Source: Octopus sinensis (Eukaryota). From it: 64,000 bases of DNA. Of the stretch, positions 12,814 to 26,054 are shown in pieces; position 1 is the stretch's first letter; every line of letters starts with the position of its first letter. Where the stretch lies: assembly GCF_006345805.1 (NCBI RefSeq), contig NC_043012.1:50716001-50780000 (forward strand). The letters are read 5' to 3'. A model generated the notes under the pieces. It saw only the letters and a program-made list of their open reading frames with translations. It did no database searches and was not told the DNA's origin. The translations under genes and the position numbers were made by a program.

Positions 12814-12905
12814 TAATAATAATAATAATAATGATAATATTAATAATAATAATAATAATAATAATTAATATTATTATTATTATTATTAGTATTATTAGTA
12901 TCATT
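12690..12905. repeat. (TAA)n followed by (TTA)n microsatellite
   Basis: Directly visible; orientation flips near 12870. Confidence 0.95.
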
Positions 12906-14589
12906 ATTCAGCAGTTTTATTTTTATAGCGTATTTTCACTTCACTGCCTTGGGTATGTGCTGTGATTTGTTGTGATGCTCTGATGGTTATTGTATGGAAA
13001 GTGTTCTGCGTAGGATGTGTGCAGTGCCTAGTAGTGCAATTTTCTGTATATTATATGTGTTTGTAAGTCCTGGTGTTTTTGTTATGCATTTGTCTGAATA
13101 TTTTTTTATCATGCCAAATGCACCTACTATGATAGAAATTGTTTCTGTTTTCAGGTTCCACATTCTAGTTACTTCTATTTCCAGGTCTTTGTATTTTGAG
13201 AGTTTCTCCATTTCTTTTAGAGACACGTTGTCATCTGCCGGTATTGATACATCAATTAGAAAGCATTGTTTTTCTTCATGATCACTGACAACTATATCTG
13301 GTCTGTTGGCCTTAATTTTTCTATCTGTGTGTATCGGCATATCCCAGAGTATGGTTGCTTTCCCGTTTTCTGTGACCTTTTCTGGTGTGTGCCTATACCA
13401 TCTTTTTTCTGTTGTTATTCCATAATGTTGGCATAGCTTCCAATGTATGTAGGTTCTAACTCTGTCATGTCTGTGAATATATTCCTTCTTAGCCAGGACT
13501 GGGCAGCTAGAGATAATATGATTTATTGTTTCTTGTCCATCTCCACATATTCTGCAGTTACTTGTAATATTTCTTTTCATTACATGTTTTTGGTAATTTC
13601 TGGTGGGGAGGCTTTGGTCTTGTGCTGCAATAAAAATCCCTCTGTCTCTGCTTTGAGTCCTGAGCTTCTCAACCATTGCTGGGATTTTTCTTTGTCTATT
13701 TCTTTTGCGTTTAGTTTAGTGCAGTATTTACCATGAAGGGGCTTTTCTTGCCATCGTTTTATCATGGCTCGTTGCTGCTCTATTTTTAGTTTGGATTTCA
13801 TTTGTTTTATAGCTTTTGTTGTTTCTACATCATCTTCGTCTTCTTCTTTGTGTTTATTAGGTGGTATGATTTCTTGTTTGTATTTGTCAGCTTCCTTAAA
13901 TACTGAGAACAGTTTTTTGTTTTGCTCATGTTTTGCTGCTATCTGGATCAGTTTTCCTTCCTTCTGAAGTAGGTATTTTTGCAGTCCTATGGTGGTTATT
14001 TTATAGTAGTTTTCCAGCTGTATAAGGCCTCTACCACCTTCTATACGTTGTATATATAGTCTTTCTATGTCAGATTTTGGGTGATGCATCCTAGATCCTG
14101 TCAGTATTTTTCTTGTTTTCCTATCTATTTTGGACAGTTCATTTCGTGTCCAGTTAAGGATATTGTAGCTGTAACTTATAACTGGGACAGCTAAAGTGTT
14201 GATACCTATTATCTTGTTTTTAGCATTGAGCTCTGTTTTTAGTATTGATCTAACTCGTCTATAATATTCTTTTTTTATTTTCTCTTTCATTTGTGTGTTG
14301 TGTCTTATCTAGTTCATGGATTCCTAAGTATTTGTAAGTTTGGCTTTGGTCTAATTCTTTTATTTCATTGGTTTTATCTAGTGTGATGTTGTTACTCTTA
14401 ACTAGTTTTCCTCTTTTCATGGTTACTTTGGCGCATTTTTCTAATCCAAATTTCATATCTATTTCTTTGGTAAATCCATGAACTGTCTTTAATAGTGTTT
14501 CCAGCTGTTTGTCATTTGCAGCGTATAGTTTTAGGTCATCCAGTGTTTCCAGCTGTTTGTCATTTGCAGCGTATAGTTTTAGGTCATCC
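12905..14589 (-). mobile_element. R4/Dong-clade non-LTR retrotransposon, 5'-truncated, with restriction-like endonuclease
   Basis: Three frameshifted segments (14259-14456, 13580-14290, 12987-13676) give DDLKLYA, KFGLEKCAK, YKYLG, GGRGL, the CCHC knuckle CRICGDGQETINHIISSC, RHD, the REL motif RPDIVV..CFLIDVSIP..K..KY and LGTAHILRR. Flanked by (TAA)n on both sides. Confidence 0.95.
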
Positions 14590-14607
14590 TTATTATTATT
14601 ATTATTA

Positions 14608-14659
<52 letters not shown>

Positions 14660-14662
14660 ACT

Positions 14663-14790
14663 ATAAAGGGACCTTGATAAGCAGCTCAACAAACTCCCTT
14701 GCCATGTCAACGCGGGAGAACTTCAGAAAATAGAGTTGCTAGGTTCCGTACACATTTTACGCCGTGTACTCTCCATGAGATGAGGACCTG
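14663..14790 (+). mobile_element. 3' ORF end of a second R4/Dong-like element
   Basis: Manual translation DLDKQLNKLPCHVNAGELQKIELLGSVHILRRVLSMR* parallels IQKIALLGTAHILRRTLSIQ* of the adjacent copy. Confidence 0.8.
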
Positions 14791-15998
14791 CTACAACAAC
14801 AACAAAAGCAATAACGTTGGCCGAACGCAAAACAAAATGGGACAATATGAAACAAATGACAAGTGGACTTCAGTACAAAAATATCGAATACAATATAAAT
14901 AATAAAATGGAAACAACTAAATTCCTTGTGATCATGGTGTCCCACCAAGGGCCAACGAAAAAAACCTCACATCCTCGACAGCCAAGGAGACCACCGACAG
15001 GCACCTTTCTCCTCTTCAACTCATCTGGTTTACAAGCGTAGGTTCAGTGTAGGGCCATCTTCACAGGGGCCATACTTGCTTTATTCACACCCCTTGGGTG
15101 AGCGAGCTTTGCTAGGTATTGTCGTGGTTTCCTTGCATTTAGAGAGAGAGCATTCATAACCATTCTCTATCAGGTTCTCTGTTGTTTGGTGCTGCTGTGT
15201 CCGCTTCGTGTCTCGTTGCATTTGCTGTCTATCCTGTAGATCTCACTTCTAACATACGCCTATGATGAGTATGCATGAATAGCCCCCCTAGTTGGCGCTT
15301 TTCTTTTAAAGTTAGTGGATGTGTATACGCTTTCTGTGACACTTAATTTAAGATCAGAGATAAAGAGTCTGTGGTGTCTCGGTGCTCCACTTCAGATTTT
15401 ATATTGAATATAATTTTTATTTTGATAGCCACCTCGCAGGAGGATGTGAATGAACACTATATAAGAATTACGAACATACACGTTTACATTCAGATTAACG
15501 AACACCGCGATCCCTGTTTCTTTCAGATATTAACACAAAATACTTCCAGGTTTGTTTGCATTGAAGCTACAGAAACAAACGATGCGGACTTCGGGATAAA
15601 AAAAAGCTATTTTAATTAACAGATGCAACACAGAAATTAACAAGAGGTCGAAACTGCACGAGGCTGATTTGCTCACGTAACAATGGAATCATCCCTTAAT
15701 ACACATACACTTCAGAGCAGACGAGACAATCAGCAGCGCCTTTTCTCCGTATATTTTCTAAATAAGGGGTCTTGACCCTAAAATATTAAAATGGCTGGTA
15801 AAAAAGTGTACCGTTGACTTTTTATAACTAGCATTGTTTTGGCTTTAAGAAATTAAAACATATTCATCAGTCAAGGCTTCATGGAAATTATACAGCATAT
15901 TTGTGTGTGTTGTGTGTTATCTGTGTGTGTGATGTGTGTGTGTATATATACACACATATATACACAAATTATACACATACACACACACACATACACAC

Positions 15999-16039
<41 letters not shown>

Positions 16040-16049
16040 TATTATATAT

Positions 16050-16503
16050 TATAATATATGCGTAGGTATATATATATATATATGGGTGTGCAGGCGTGTT
16101 TAATGGAATTACACGCTACATGAGAAATATTAGGAGAGAAAAAGAAGGCATTCAAACGGGAATCGAACCGCATGAAAATATTGCATCTTCGTTTGTACTA
16201 CAAACCGCCTGCTACTCATTATTTTCTCAAATATGGTACTTATATCTATTTTTTTCTGCTATTTCCTGACTGTACTATTATTATCTCTATACGATAATTG
16301 GTTAGTTACTTAGTGTAGCAGTCCAATTCGCTTTTCATCTTTTACTGGTCGATACAATAACTGCCAGTTAAGTACTAGGGTTTATTTCAGTAAAATTTAT
16401 GTTCTTGTCCATACGTTCAGAATCAATAAATGGTGAAAAAACAAAACATTGATAATCCATATGCATGTATAAGTACATAGGTGTGTTTGAGATATGGACG
16501 CGC

Positions 16504-16535
<32 letters not shown>

Positions 16536-17549
16536 CCAAGCAAACATAGACACATACACACACACACATATCTTGCCTTAATAATAGCGCCAAGCAGTGT
16601 TTAAGCATAAGCAATGTTTAGGTAAGTTAAAATATGTTTGTGACAAATTTCAACAGCTATAAGTCAAATCTAGTGGTGTTACCATGGAGACGTTTTTGTT
16701 TTACGTAAAACAAAAATATGTAAAAACACCATATCTGACCTGTGTCGCACTTTACCAGGTTTCCCATACAGGATTCTCAGCTAAGGATTCTCCTCAGCTA
16801 ACATATTTCAACAGTTAAAAGGCAAATTCATTTGAAATATGTCAAAAGCATATTTTAAATAACCTAAACTTTGCACATACTTAAATCTTACGGTATTTTT
16901 TTTAACCTGGCGGCCTAGCAGCGCAAATGAATCAATGTTGTTGAATGTATTTTAGTTAAAGGTGTAACTTTAATTAGTCCTGTACAGAGAATGTGTCTCT
17001 TAATTTTTTTTCCCATTGATAACAGCGAAGGAGCTAAAAACATCGATGCCTGGGAATCTGGATAGGTGACAACACTGGGTAGATTTGGTGTTTTACACCA
17101 TATTACCACAAGAAAAATATTTCTTCACAGTAGCTGCATTGAACCTAATTTTCAGCAGTACGTCGCAAACATATTTAACTAACCTCATATATGTATATAT
17201 ATATATATATATATTAAAGGCGGTGCTCCAGCATGGCCGCAGTCAAATGACTGAAACAAGTAAGAGTAGAGTAAGAGTAATATATATATATATATATGCT
17301 ACTTGAAAACTATATGGATGTTGCTTACCGTGCGATACACTTTCTTGTAGGAGTTTTGGCAATTTTATTGGGACTGGACTGCGACACTGGGTGCTTTCAC
17401 TTGTTGCCTAACATCAACATGCAAATGTTATTTTGAAGGAGATCTAGGTGAAAGCTGAGACGGCGAAATACCTCACTCTCACTATATGTATGCATATATG
17501 TACATATATGCATATATATACATACACACACACACACACACACACTATA

Positions 17550-17595
<46 letters not shown>

Positions 17596-19070
17596 TATAT
17601 ATATATGCGTAGGTATATATATATATAATATATGGTGTTGCAGGCGTGTTTAATGGAATTACACGCTACATGAGAAATATTAGGAGAGAAAAAGAAGCAT
17701 TCAAACGGGAATCGAACCGCATGAAAATATTGCATCTTCGTTTGTACTACAACCCGCCTGCTACTCAATTATTTTCTCAAATATGGTACTTATATCTATT
17801 TTTTCCTGCTATTTCCTGACTGTACTATTATTATCTCCTACGATAATTGGTTAGTTACTTAGTGTAGCAGTCCAATTCGCTTTTCATCTTTTACTGGTCG
17901 ATACAATAACTGCCAGTTAAGTACTAGGGTTTATTTCAGTAAAATTTATTTTCTTGTCCATACGTTCAGAATCAATAAATGGTGAAAAAACAAAACATTG
18001 ATAATCCATATGCATGTATAAGTAACATAGTGTGTTTGAGATATGGACGCGCACACGCACACACACACACACACACACACCACACCCAAGCAAACATAGA
18101 CACATACACACACACACATATCTTGCCTTAATAATAGCGCAAGCAGCGTTTTAAGCATAAGCAATGTTTAGGTAAGTTAAAATATGTTTTGACAAATTTC
18201 AACAGCTATAAGTCAATCTAGTGGTTTTCCATGGAGACGTTTTTGTTTTACGTAAAACAAAAATATGTAAAAACACCATATCTGACCTGTGTCGCACTTT
18301 ACCAGGTTCCCATACAGGATTCTCAGCTAAGGATTCTCCTCAGCTAACATATTTCAACAGTTAAAAGGCAAATTCATTGGAAATATGTCAAAAGCATATT
18401 TTAATAACCTAAACTTTGCACATACTTAAATCTTACGGTATTTTTCTTAACCTGGCGGCCTAGCAGCGCAAATGAATCATTTGTTGAATGTATTTTAGTT
18501 AAAGGTGTAACTTTAATTATTCTGTACAGAGAATGTGTCTCTTAATTTTTTTTCCCATTGATAACAGCGAAGGAGCTAAAAACATCGATGCCGGGGATCT
18601 GGATAGGTGACAACACTGGGTAGATTTGGTGTTTTAACACCATATTACCACAAGAAAAATATTTCTTCACAGTAGCTTCATTGAACCTAATTTTCAGCAG
18701 TACGTCGCAAACATATTTAACTAACCTCATATAGGTATATATATATATATTAAAGGCGGTGCTCCAGCATGGCCGCAGTCAAATGACTGAACAAGTAAGA
18801 GTAGAGTAAGAGTAATATATATATATATATATGCTACTTGAAAACTATATGGATTTTGCTTACCGTGCGATAACACTTTCTTGTAGGAGTTTTGGCAATT
18901 TTATTGGGACTGGACTGCGACACTGGTGCTTTCACTTGTTGCCTAACATCAACATGCAAATGTTTTTTTGAAGGAGATCTAGGTGAAAGCTGAGACGGTG
19001 AAATACCTCACTCTCACTATATGTATGCATATATGTACATATGCATATATATACCACACACACACCCACA
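16050..19070. repeat. Tandem duplication with a ~1.54-1.55 kb unit (cores ~16050-17520 and ~17600-19070)
   Basis: gtccaattcg at 16321 and 17870 (offset 1549); ggcggtgctccagc at 17219 and 18755 (offset 1536). Near-identical, differing mostly by 1-bp indels. Confidence 0.95.
17214..17280 (+). mobile_element. SINE family A 3' tail only (duplicated at ~18750-18815)
   Basis: ttaaaggcggtgctccagcatggccgcagtcaaatgactgaaacaagtaagagt, essentially identical to the tail of the 19607 copy. Confidence 0.85.
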
Positions 19071-19071
19071 C

Positions 19072-19108
<37 letters not shown>

Positions 19109-19525
19109 AATATATATATATGTGTATATATATGTAAGTACACAGAAACATATATTGAATATATATCTAAAGAGGTCAGTTTGGTTACGGAGACTGAAAT
19201 GCTACAGCAAATACGTCGTCTTGGTGAGGTTGACCAAGAACTATTATTATCGACATCACTTTTAGTTACAGCTGTGGACACTCACCAGTTTAGCCTCACC
19301 GAAGCATTTAAATATTTCTAATTCTCTTCAACGAATTCAGTTAATATACTTTAATATTTGCTCACATGCCCTGTGTAAAGCATTCAGTGAGTGCAGTATA
19401 ATCGAACAGTTCTCTTAGTATTGAACAATTGCCGTTAATAACGCTAATTAAATGCATGTTAAATTATAAATGAAACTCTAATTGATTCGTTAGAATGACC
19501 AAAGACTGACGAGAAATAAAACCAT

Positions 19526-19591
<66 letters not shown>

Positions 19592-19606
19592 ATTATATAT
19601 ATATAT

Positions 19607-20024
19607 ACTCTTACTCTCTCTTTTACTTGTTTCAGTCATTTGACTGCGGCCATGCTGGAGCACCGCCTTTAATCGAGCAACTCGATCCCGGGACTTATTC
19701 TTTTTTGTAAGCCCAGTACTTATTCTATCGGTCTCTTTTGCCGAACCGCTAAGTGACGGGGACGTAAACACACACAGCAGCATCGGTTGTCAAGCAATGC
19801 TAGAGGGACAAACACAGGCACACAAACACATACATATATATATATATATTATATATATATACGACAGGCTTCTTTCAGTTTCCGTCTACCAAATCCACTC
19901 ACAAGGCATTGGTCGGCCCGGGGCTATAGCAGAAGACACTTGCCCAAGATGCCACGCAGTGGGATTGAACCCGGAGTCATGTGGCTGGTTAGCAAGCTAC
20001 TTACCACACAGCCACTCCTGCGCC
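19607..20024 (-). mobile_element. SINE family A, young full-length copy
   Basis: Head ggcgcaggagtggctgtgtggtaagtagc..ccgggttcaatccc (pol III A/B boxes), internal (TA)n, and 3' tail ..ctgaaacaagtaaaagagagagtaagag. Embedded in (TA)n. Confidence 0.92.
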
Positions 20025-20060
<36 letters not shown>

Positions 20061-20234
20061 TATGTATATGTATATATATGTATATATATGTATGTATGTG
20101 TGTGTGAGTGTGCGTGTGTGTGTAGTATATATATATAAAATATATTTATATATAATATATACATATATAATATATAATATGCATATATATATATAATACA
20201 ATTTATATATAAATATAATATATATATATATATA

Positions 20235-20408
20235 TATTATAATTTAGAACAAACAGTAAAAGGTTGTCATTATTGTACTCGGAGTTTCAAATGTTAGAGC
20301 GAAGTGCTTGTAATGGCCGACGAGAATGTATCGTAGTTCTGCGGCCCGATATTTGAAACTCCGAGTACAATCATGACAACCTTTTACTCTTTGTCTGAAT
20401 TATAATAT
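20235..20408. repeat. Inverted repeat (hairpin): ~58-bp arms around a ~58-bp spacer
   Basis: Left arm ..agaacaaacagtaaaaggttgtcattattgtactcggagtttcaaat; right arm atttgaaactccgagtacaatcatgacaaccttttactctttgtctgaattataata. Confidence 0.9.
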
Positions 20409-20488
20409 AAATAAATAATCCTGTATTTCTCTCATATGGAGATTGCTTTCTTTTGCTGTTACTTTTTATCATTATTAAGAAATATACA

Positions 20489-20527
<39 letters not shown>

Positions 20528-20639
20528 GTTTAACACATAGCATAATTATAATCATGGTAAATTTAAGGCATTTCTCTGCAGACTGAAAAGAAAAGATATA
20601 CAATCTTAATCGATTGTCGAATGTTATTGGTTTCTTATC

Positions 20640-21100
20640 AGAGGCGTTCACTTTCTTCTAACAGTTTTAGCGAAACGAGCATCCAAATTGTCTATATACT
20701 TAGCAAATGCACCAACTACTCTGTGAAGCTGTCACCAATTTGAGTACCGAAAGTGTTTAACACTCCAGAAATACCAGTGTCGTATCAACATGGATCTTAG
20801 TGCACACAGTATCAAGGTTAGATTATAATATATATGTAACAGAGTATTATTATAAACAAGGCAAATTTTAGCCAGAACCCAACACGATGTAGTGGGAACC
20901 AACTGATTACCTCCTTTTCTGATCCATGACTCATTTCCTGTACAGGCAGTGGTTTAACAATGTTGAAATATTGGAAATCTGGTGCAGGGAGTTTTTGCCT
21001 CTAAGCCTGCTAAATGGTATAACAGGGGAATTGATCTTCTAGCATTAAAATGAAAAACAGAAAATAAAATATGGGGCGACATATTTCGACGAACGAATAC
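20640..21100 (+). mobile_element. Mariner transposase C-terminal relic
   Basis: EPTDYLLF*SMTHFLYRQWFNNVEILEIWCREF/FASKPAKWYNRGIDLL matches the mariner C-terminus APSDYHLFRSM.HFL....F.N..E...W..EFFASK...Y.RGI..L. Confidence 0.75.
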
Positions 21101-22225
21101 TTTTCGTACAGTTAGTTTGAACTATTAATTTATGCTTGAAATACGAAAAACATTTGACTCAAAATTTTGTGTATATAAAGGCGTATGGATCTAATCAGGT
21201 GTGTCTGTTCACACTGAAAGTCTTAAAAATAACAGAGTAGAGAATAAGCAGTATGACTAATCTCCTTAGAAATGTAGGCGCAGAAGGGATGAAATAATTT
21301 CATGAGTAGTTGTGAAAATTCCAAATTATCGGATCTTTAAGATTTTTATAGTCTGAAGACAGTCTGATGATTCATTTATTATTCTCCACGAAGTATAACT
21401 AACTTGACAGAATATTCGGTCTAGTTTGTCAAAAGATAGTTAAAAAGAATAATACGCGATTACTAACGATGTTTCTTTTACTTTTCATCTCCATGAAACA
21501 TTTAAGGTGTCGCAAATAAGCTTTATACAATTAAAAGTGTTAAGGAACATACACATGACTTAAAATTCATTACTAGAAGTCCACAAATATATTTAGCAGT
21601 ATACATATATGATTGTATATATATGTATGCATATGTATCAACATTTTAAGCCTCAGGTAGTTAGGTAATTTATCGTTGAGTGCAATTAAGAAGGCGCATT
21701 CGAAAACAGATAGTGCTTCCCAGGCACGGAACTGTCTTCCACAGAAATCCGAAGCAACAACCTGATTTAAGAGCGAAAGAAATACAGAAAATTTGTGAAT
21801 TCTCTAAAAATGTCATTTATAGAATTGTGTGTGTGTGAGTGTGTGTGCGTGTGTATGTGTGTGTCTGCAGGTTTTTGCCAGTGCTTTTTTTTATTTTTAG
21901 CATGTGTGTTTGCATATAATTGTGTGTTCTTATGTGTACAGCACTTCTTTTCCGGTAATGCTTCCTACAGATTTGATATTGAATGTATAATTGCGTCTGA
22001 GTTTAATTCCTTATTATTAATCATGATTTTTTATCCCGAATTTTATTATTAGACCTTTATGTCTAGTTTTCAAACATTAATTTGAAAATCCATTATGTCT
22101 TCAAGACGAACGCACTATGATATCGAAAATAATCAGGCGTATAGATTTATGTAAGTATATACGTATGCATGCATCCATGTCTGCATGTGTGCATCTCTCT
22201 CTCTCTCTCTCCTCTCACACACACA

Positions 22226-22264
<39 letters not shown>

Positions 22265-23334
22265 CATATATTTCTATATATATATATATATATATATACA
22301 TTTATACACACATACATATATATACATATATATACAGACACACATGTATATACATATAAATACATACTTATATGTACATACACACATGTATACATATGTA
22401 TGTACACACACATATACATATACGCATGCAGATGTTTGTATATATATGTAGGTATATATAAATTAGGCTGATATGTCTAATTTCCATCTATGCGCTCGTA
22501 TTTTATATGTAACCCTACATTTTATTTGTGTGTACATGTATCTGCAAATGTTCTTTATTGGATTATTAACAAATATGTATGAATGTTATTTGTCAGTGCC
22601 GTTTTCCTCTGAAATGTAAATCTAAAATTTTAATTCTTATTTATTACTCATATATTGATACATAAATTTTGATTTTAAAACTTCATGTCATGTATTATTT
22701 TCTCTCGGCAATATATGCTAATATTCATGCTGCACTCTTAAAATTTGCATATTACATTAAGCAGATGGGAAATAGCATGTAATCACTTTAATAGCAAAAG
22801 CAATACGTACATAGATACTCTACACATTCTTTGCTTTTATAGAAGTATCTTCATCACAAGGCCTTATTATGCATCTTAAGTAGGAACATGGCTATAATAA
22901 TTAATAACATATTATTTACAGTGATATAAGGTTGAGTTTTAAAATATGAAAGATATTAAAATCACGGAAAAGTGAAAGATGTAACATATCAATTAAGTAA
23001 AAGTTGCATCTTTTTATATATAAGTATAAACAAACTACAGAAAACCGAGTGTTTTCCAATTTTATTTCACTAATTGAATGGGAAAAAAGCACGAAAATGT
23101 AAAATATATTAATGTCTGAAATTAATCATGGTTGCTTTTATTTCGTTGAGATTCGTGTTTTGCAAATAGTTAAATAATATTTTAATTACATTTGGCAATA
23201 TACTTTAGTGTACACGTGTAAATAAGTCTGTTATGGAGAAACAAGCTTGTCGGCACAGTAAATATGACAACGCTTACGAAACTTATACATAGAATAACAC
23301 GAATATCAACCGAAATAACAACACACGTATGTCA

Positions 23335-23749
23335 ATAATTGTACATATTATTAATATTATTATAATTATTATATAATTATTATTATCATTATCATTATCA
23401 TTATAATTATCATTATTATTATTGTTGTTGTTGTTATTTTTATTATTATTATTACTATTAGTATAGTAGTAGTATAGTGTAGTAGTAGTAGTAACTACCA
23501 CTATACTACTAATAATAATATGAGTAATAATAATAGAGTAATAATAATGATAATAATGATAATAGTAGCATAGTAATAATAATAATATAATAATAATAAT
23601 AATAATAATATAATAATAAAAATATAATATAATAATAATAATAAATAAGAGAGAAGAAAGTAGAAGAAGCAGAAGAATAAGGAAACAACAAAAACGAAAA
23701 CAACAGCGACAACAGCAACTGCTGTTGTTGACGATGATGATGTTACTCA

Positions 23750-23802
<53 letters not shown>

Positions 23803-23830
23803 GAAAGAGGAGGAGGACGATGGGGCGGTT
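23335..23830. repeat. Compound trinucleotide array (ATT, GTA, CTA, TAA, AGA, ACA, GAT, GAG)
   Basis: Directly visible; source of the poly-I/Y/N ORFs. Confidence 0.95.
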
Positions 23831-24046
23831 AATGATGAGGAATGTGGATAGGTCAGGGGCAATTTAAAATATAATATTGAATATAACTTTAGGAGGAACA
23901 GCAATAAAAATAACACATGGAATATTTCATGTTAGTTTTAGTTGGAAACTTACAGTAAATATATATAAATAGTATGTAATATATATGTATGTATGTGTGT
24001 TGTGTGTTTGCATATCTATATTTCCATCAATCTACATATATTTCTG

Positions 24047-24083
<37 letters not shown>

Positions 24084-24241
24084 GTATTTATGTATGTACA
24101 TAGACGCACTTATATGTAGTTTAAGAAAGTGATATTTATCGACTTCTGAAAAATATCAATATCAACAAACAATTACACCAAAACTGACTTCGACAACATC
24201 ATTAATAATATTAACGGAGATGATGGATGTGATTGAAGGTG

Positions 24242-24280
<39 letters not shown>

Positions 24281-24324
24281 ATAATAATAATAATAATAAT
24301 AATAATCATAATAAAAATAATAAT

Positions 24325-24502
24325 TCCTTCTACTGGAAGCAAAAGTCGTCAATTTTTAGGGAAAGGAACAAGTCGATTGCATTCATTGGCCCCAGTGCAT
24401 TACTGGTATTATTTAATCGACCACGAAAGGTTGAAAGCCAATGTCAACCTCAGCGGAATTTGAACTTAGAACTTAAGGACGGACGAAATTACACTAAGCA
24501 TT
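24325..24502 (-). mobile_element. SINE family B, degenerate
   Basis: Reverse complement aaatgcttagtgtaatttcgtccgtcc..gttcaaattccgctgaggttgacattggctttcaacctttcgtggtcgattaaataatacc matches family B. Confidence 0.8.
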
Positions 24503-24560
24503 TAAAATAATAATAATGATGATGATGATGATGATTGATGATGTTAATAATAATAATAAC

Positions 24561-24591
<31 letters not shown>

Positions 24592-24795
24592 TAATAAGTA
24601 ATAATAATAATAATAATAATAATGCTAGAAGAAGAAGAAGAGAAGAAGAAGAAGAAGAAGTAGAAGAAGAAGAAGAAGAAGAAGATGAAGAAAGAAGAAG
24701 AAGAAGAAAATGAAGTAAATGAGGAAGAAGAAGAAGAAAAAGAAGAAGAAGAAGAAGAAGAAGAAGAAGAAGAAAATGATGATGATAATGGTTTC
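24503..24795. repeat. (TAA)n/(TGA)n/(AGA)n compound microsatellite
   Basis: Directly visible. Confidence 0.95.
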
Positions 24796-25039
24796 TTTAT
24801 GAACTACAAGGGGTTACATTAAGAAAAGCATTGTGGATATCACTAGACAAAGCAAAGAATGTGCGTGTATATGAGTGTGTTTGTGTTGCTGTGAGGGATT
24901 TTCGTGTAAAGAAGACTAACATTTTTTTTACAAAAAATGACTGAAGAAGGCAGTAAATCAATAATGTGTGATCCTCAGTAGGGAGGAGACGTTCAGGTGC
25001 TGCTCACCGAAAAAAAACCCATAAAAAAGTAATAATGAT

Positions 25040-25248
25040 TATCCGTTCTACTACAGTTACAAGTCCTGAAATTCTGAGGGAGGAGGATGGCTGATGACAT
25101 GGACTCCAATTTTTCAATGGTACTTAATTTATTGTCCCCAAAAGGATAAAAGGTACAGTTGATGTCGATGGAATTTGAACGTAGGGACTGAGGAAATGCC
25201 GTTAAGCCTTCTGCCCGGCGTTCTAACGATTCTGCCAACTCACCGCCT
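25040..25248 (-). mobile_element. SINE family B variant
   Basis: Reverse complement aaggcggtgagttggcagaatcgttagaacgccgggcagaaggcttaacggcatttcc..gttcaaattcc matches the family B head. Confidence 0.8.
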
Positions 25249-25289
25249 TAATAATAATAGTAATATTAGTAACAATTGCATGTAAAGTT

Positions 25290-25775
25290 TTGGCGCCTGT
25301 AGAGGACAAATCAAGACTTGTCCGAGTTGACCAATATCTACAATGTATAATGTGTCAGCATTATAAAAACAAAACTGCTGACAAATGGTACAAGCACCAC
25401 ACTGCAGCTGTGACTGATGGAAAAAATGTAGCTATTCTTTGGGACTTCCTAGCATGTACAAGCTGGATCATCAAAGCAAATAAACCAGAGAGTGTTGTGA
25501 AAGATCAAAACAATAAAGTTTGTATATTGATTGACATGAGCATACCCTGTAACCATAATATCTTGGCTTCATAATTTTGAAAAGCTCACAAAATATAAAG
25601 ATTTGATAAACGAAATCTAAAAGATATGGTATCTCAAGACAGCTACAATACCAGTGCTTGTAGGAGCACTTGCAGTAATCAAAATAGGAAATAAAATTTA
25701 TTTACGAGTAATCCCTGGCTTACCATCCATTGTTTTCACCGGTACGTCTCTCGTAATGAGAAGAGCGTTGCCGTT
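25290..25775 (+). mobile_element. R4/Dong-like REL endonuclease fragment, degenerate
   Basis: DKWYKH..ILWDF..IIKANKP..KDQNNKVCILIDMSIP..KLTKYKDL..IPVLVGAL. Followed by (TAA)n at ~25913-26053. Confidence 0.85.
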
Positions 25776-25912
25776 ATGAAATTTCTTTTCCATTCCCCCT
25801 TTTATTTGTTTACTTTTTTGTTTCTTATTTTTTCCTTTTTCTCTCTGTCTTCCCATTTTTCCCTACAATGTAACTTTGTATATGTGCAATCTGGATACAG
25901 TGCGATGTCTTC

Positions 25913-25970
<58 letters not shown>

Positions 25971-26010
25971 GTACTACTACTACTACTACGACTACTACTA
26001 CTACTACTAC

Positions 26011-26054
<44 letters not shown>

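Noticed and set aside
19980-20024. tRNA-like A/B boxes in SINE heads (also 40427, 44204, 52879, 57504)
   Set aside because: They do not form complete cloverleaves and continue into SINE bodies, so they are not tRNA genes.
20650-20740. Protein-like minus frame LHRVVGAFAKYIDNLDARFAKTVRRK*
   Set aside because: It lies within the plus-strand mariner relic. It also shows how easily plausible peptides arise by chance in this window.
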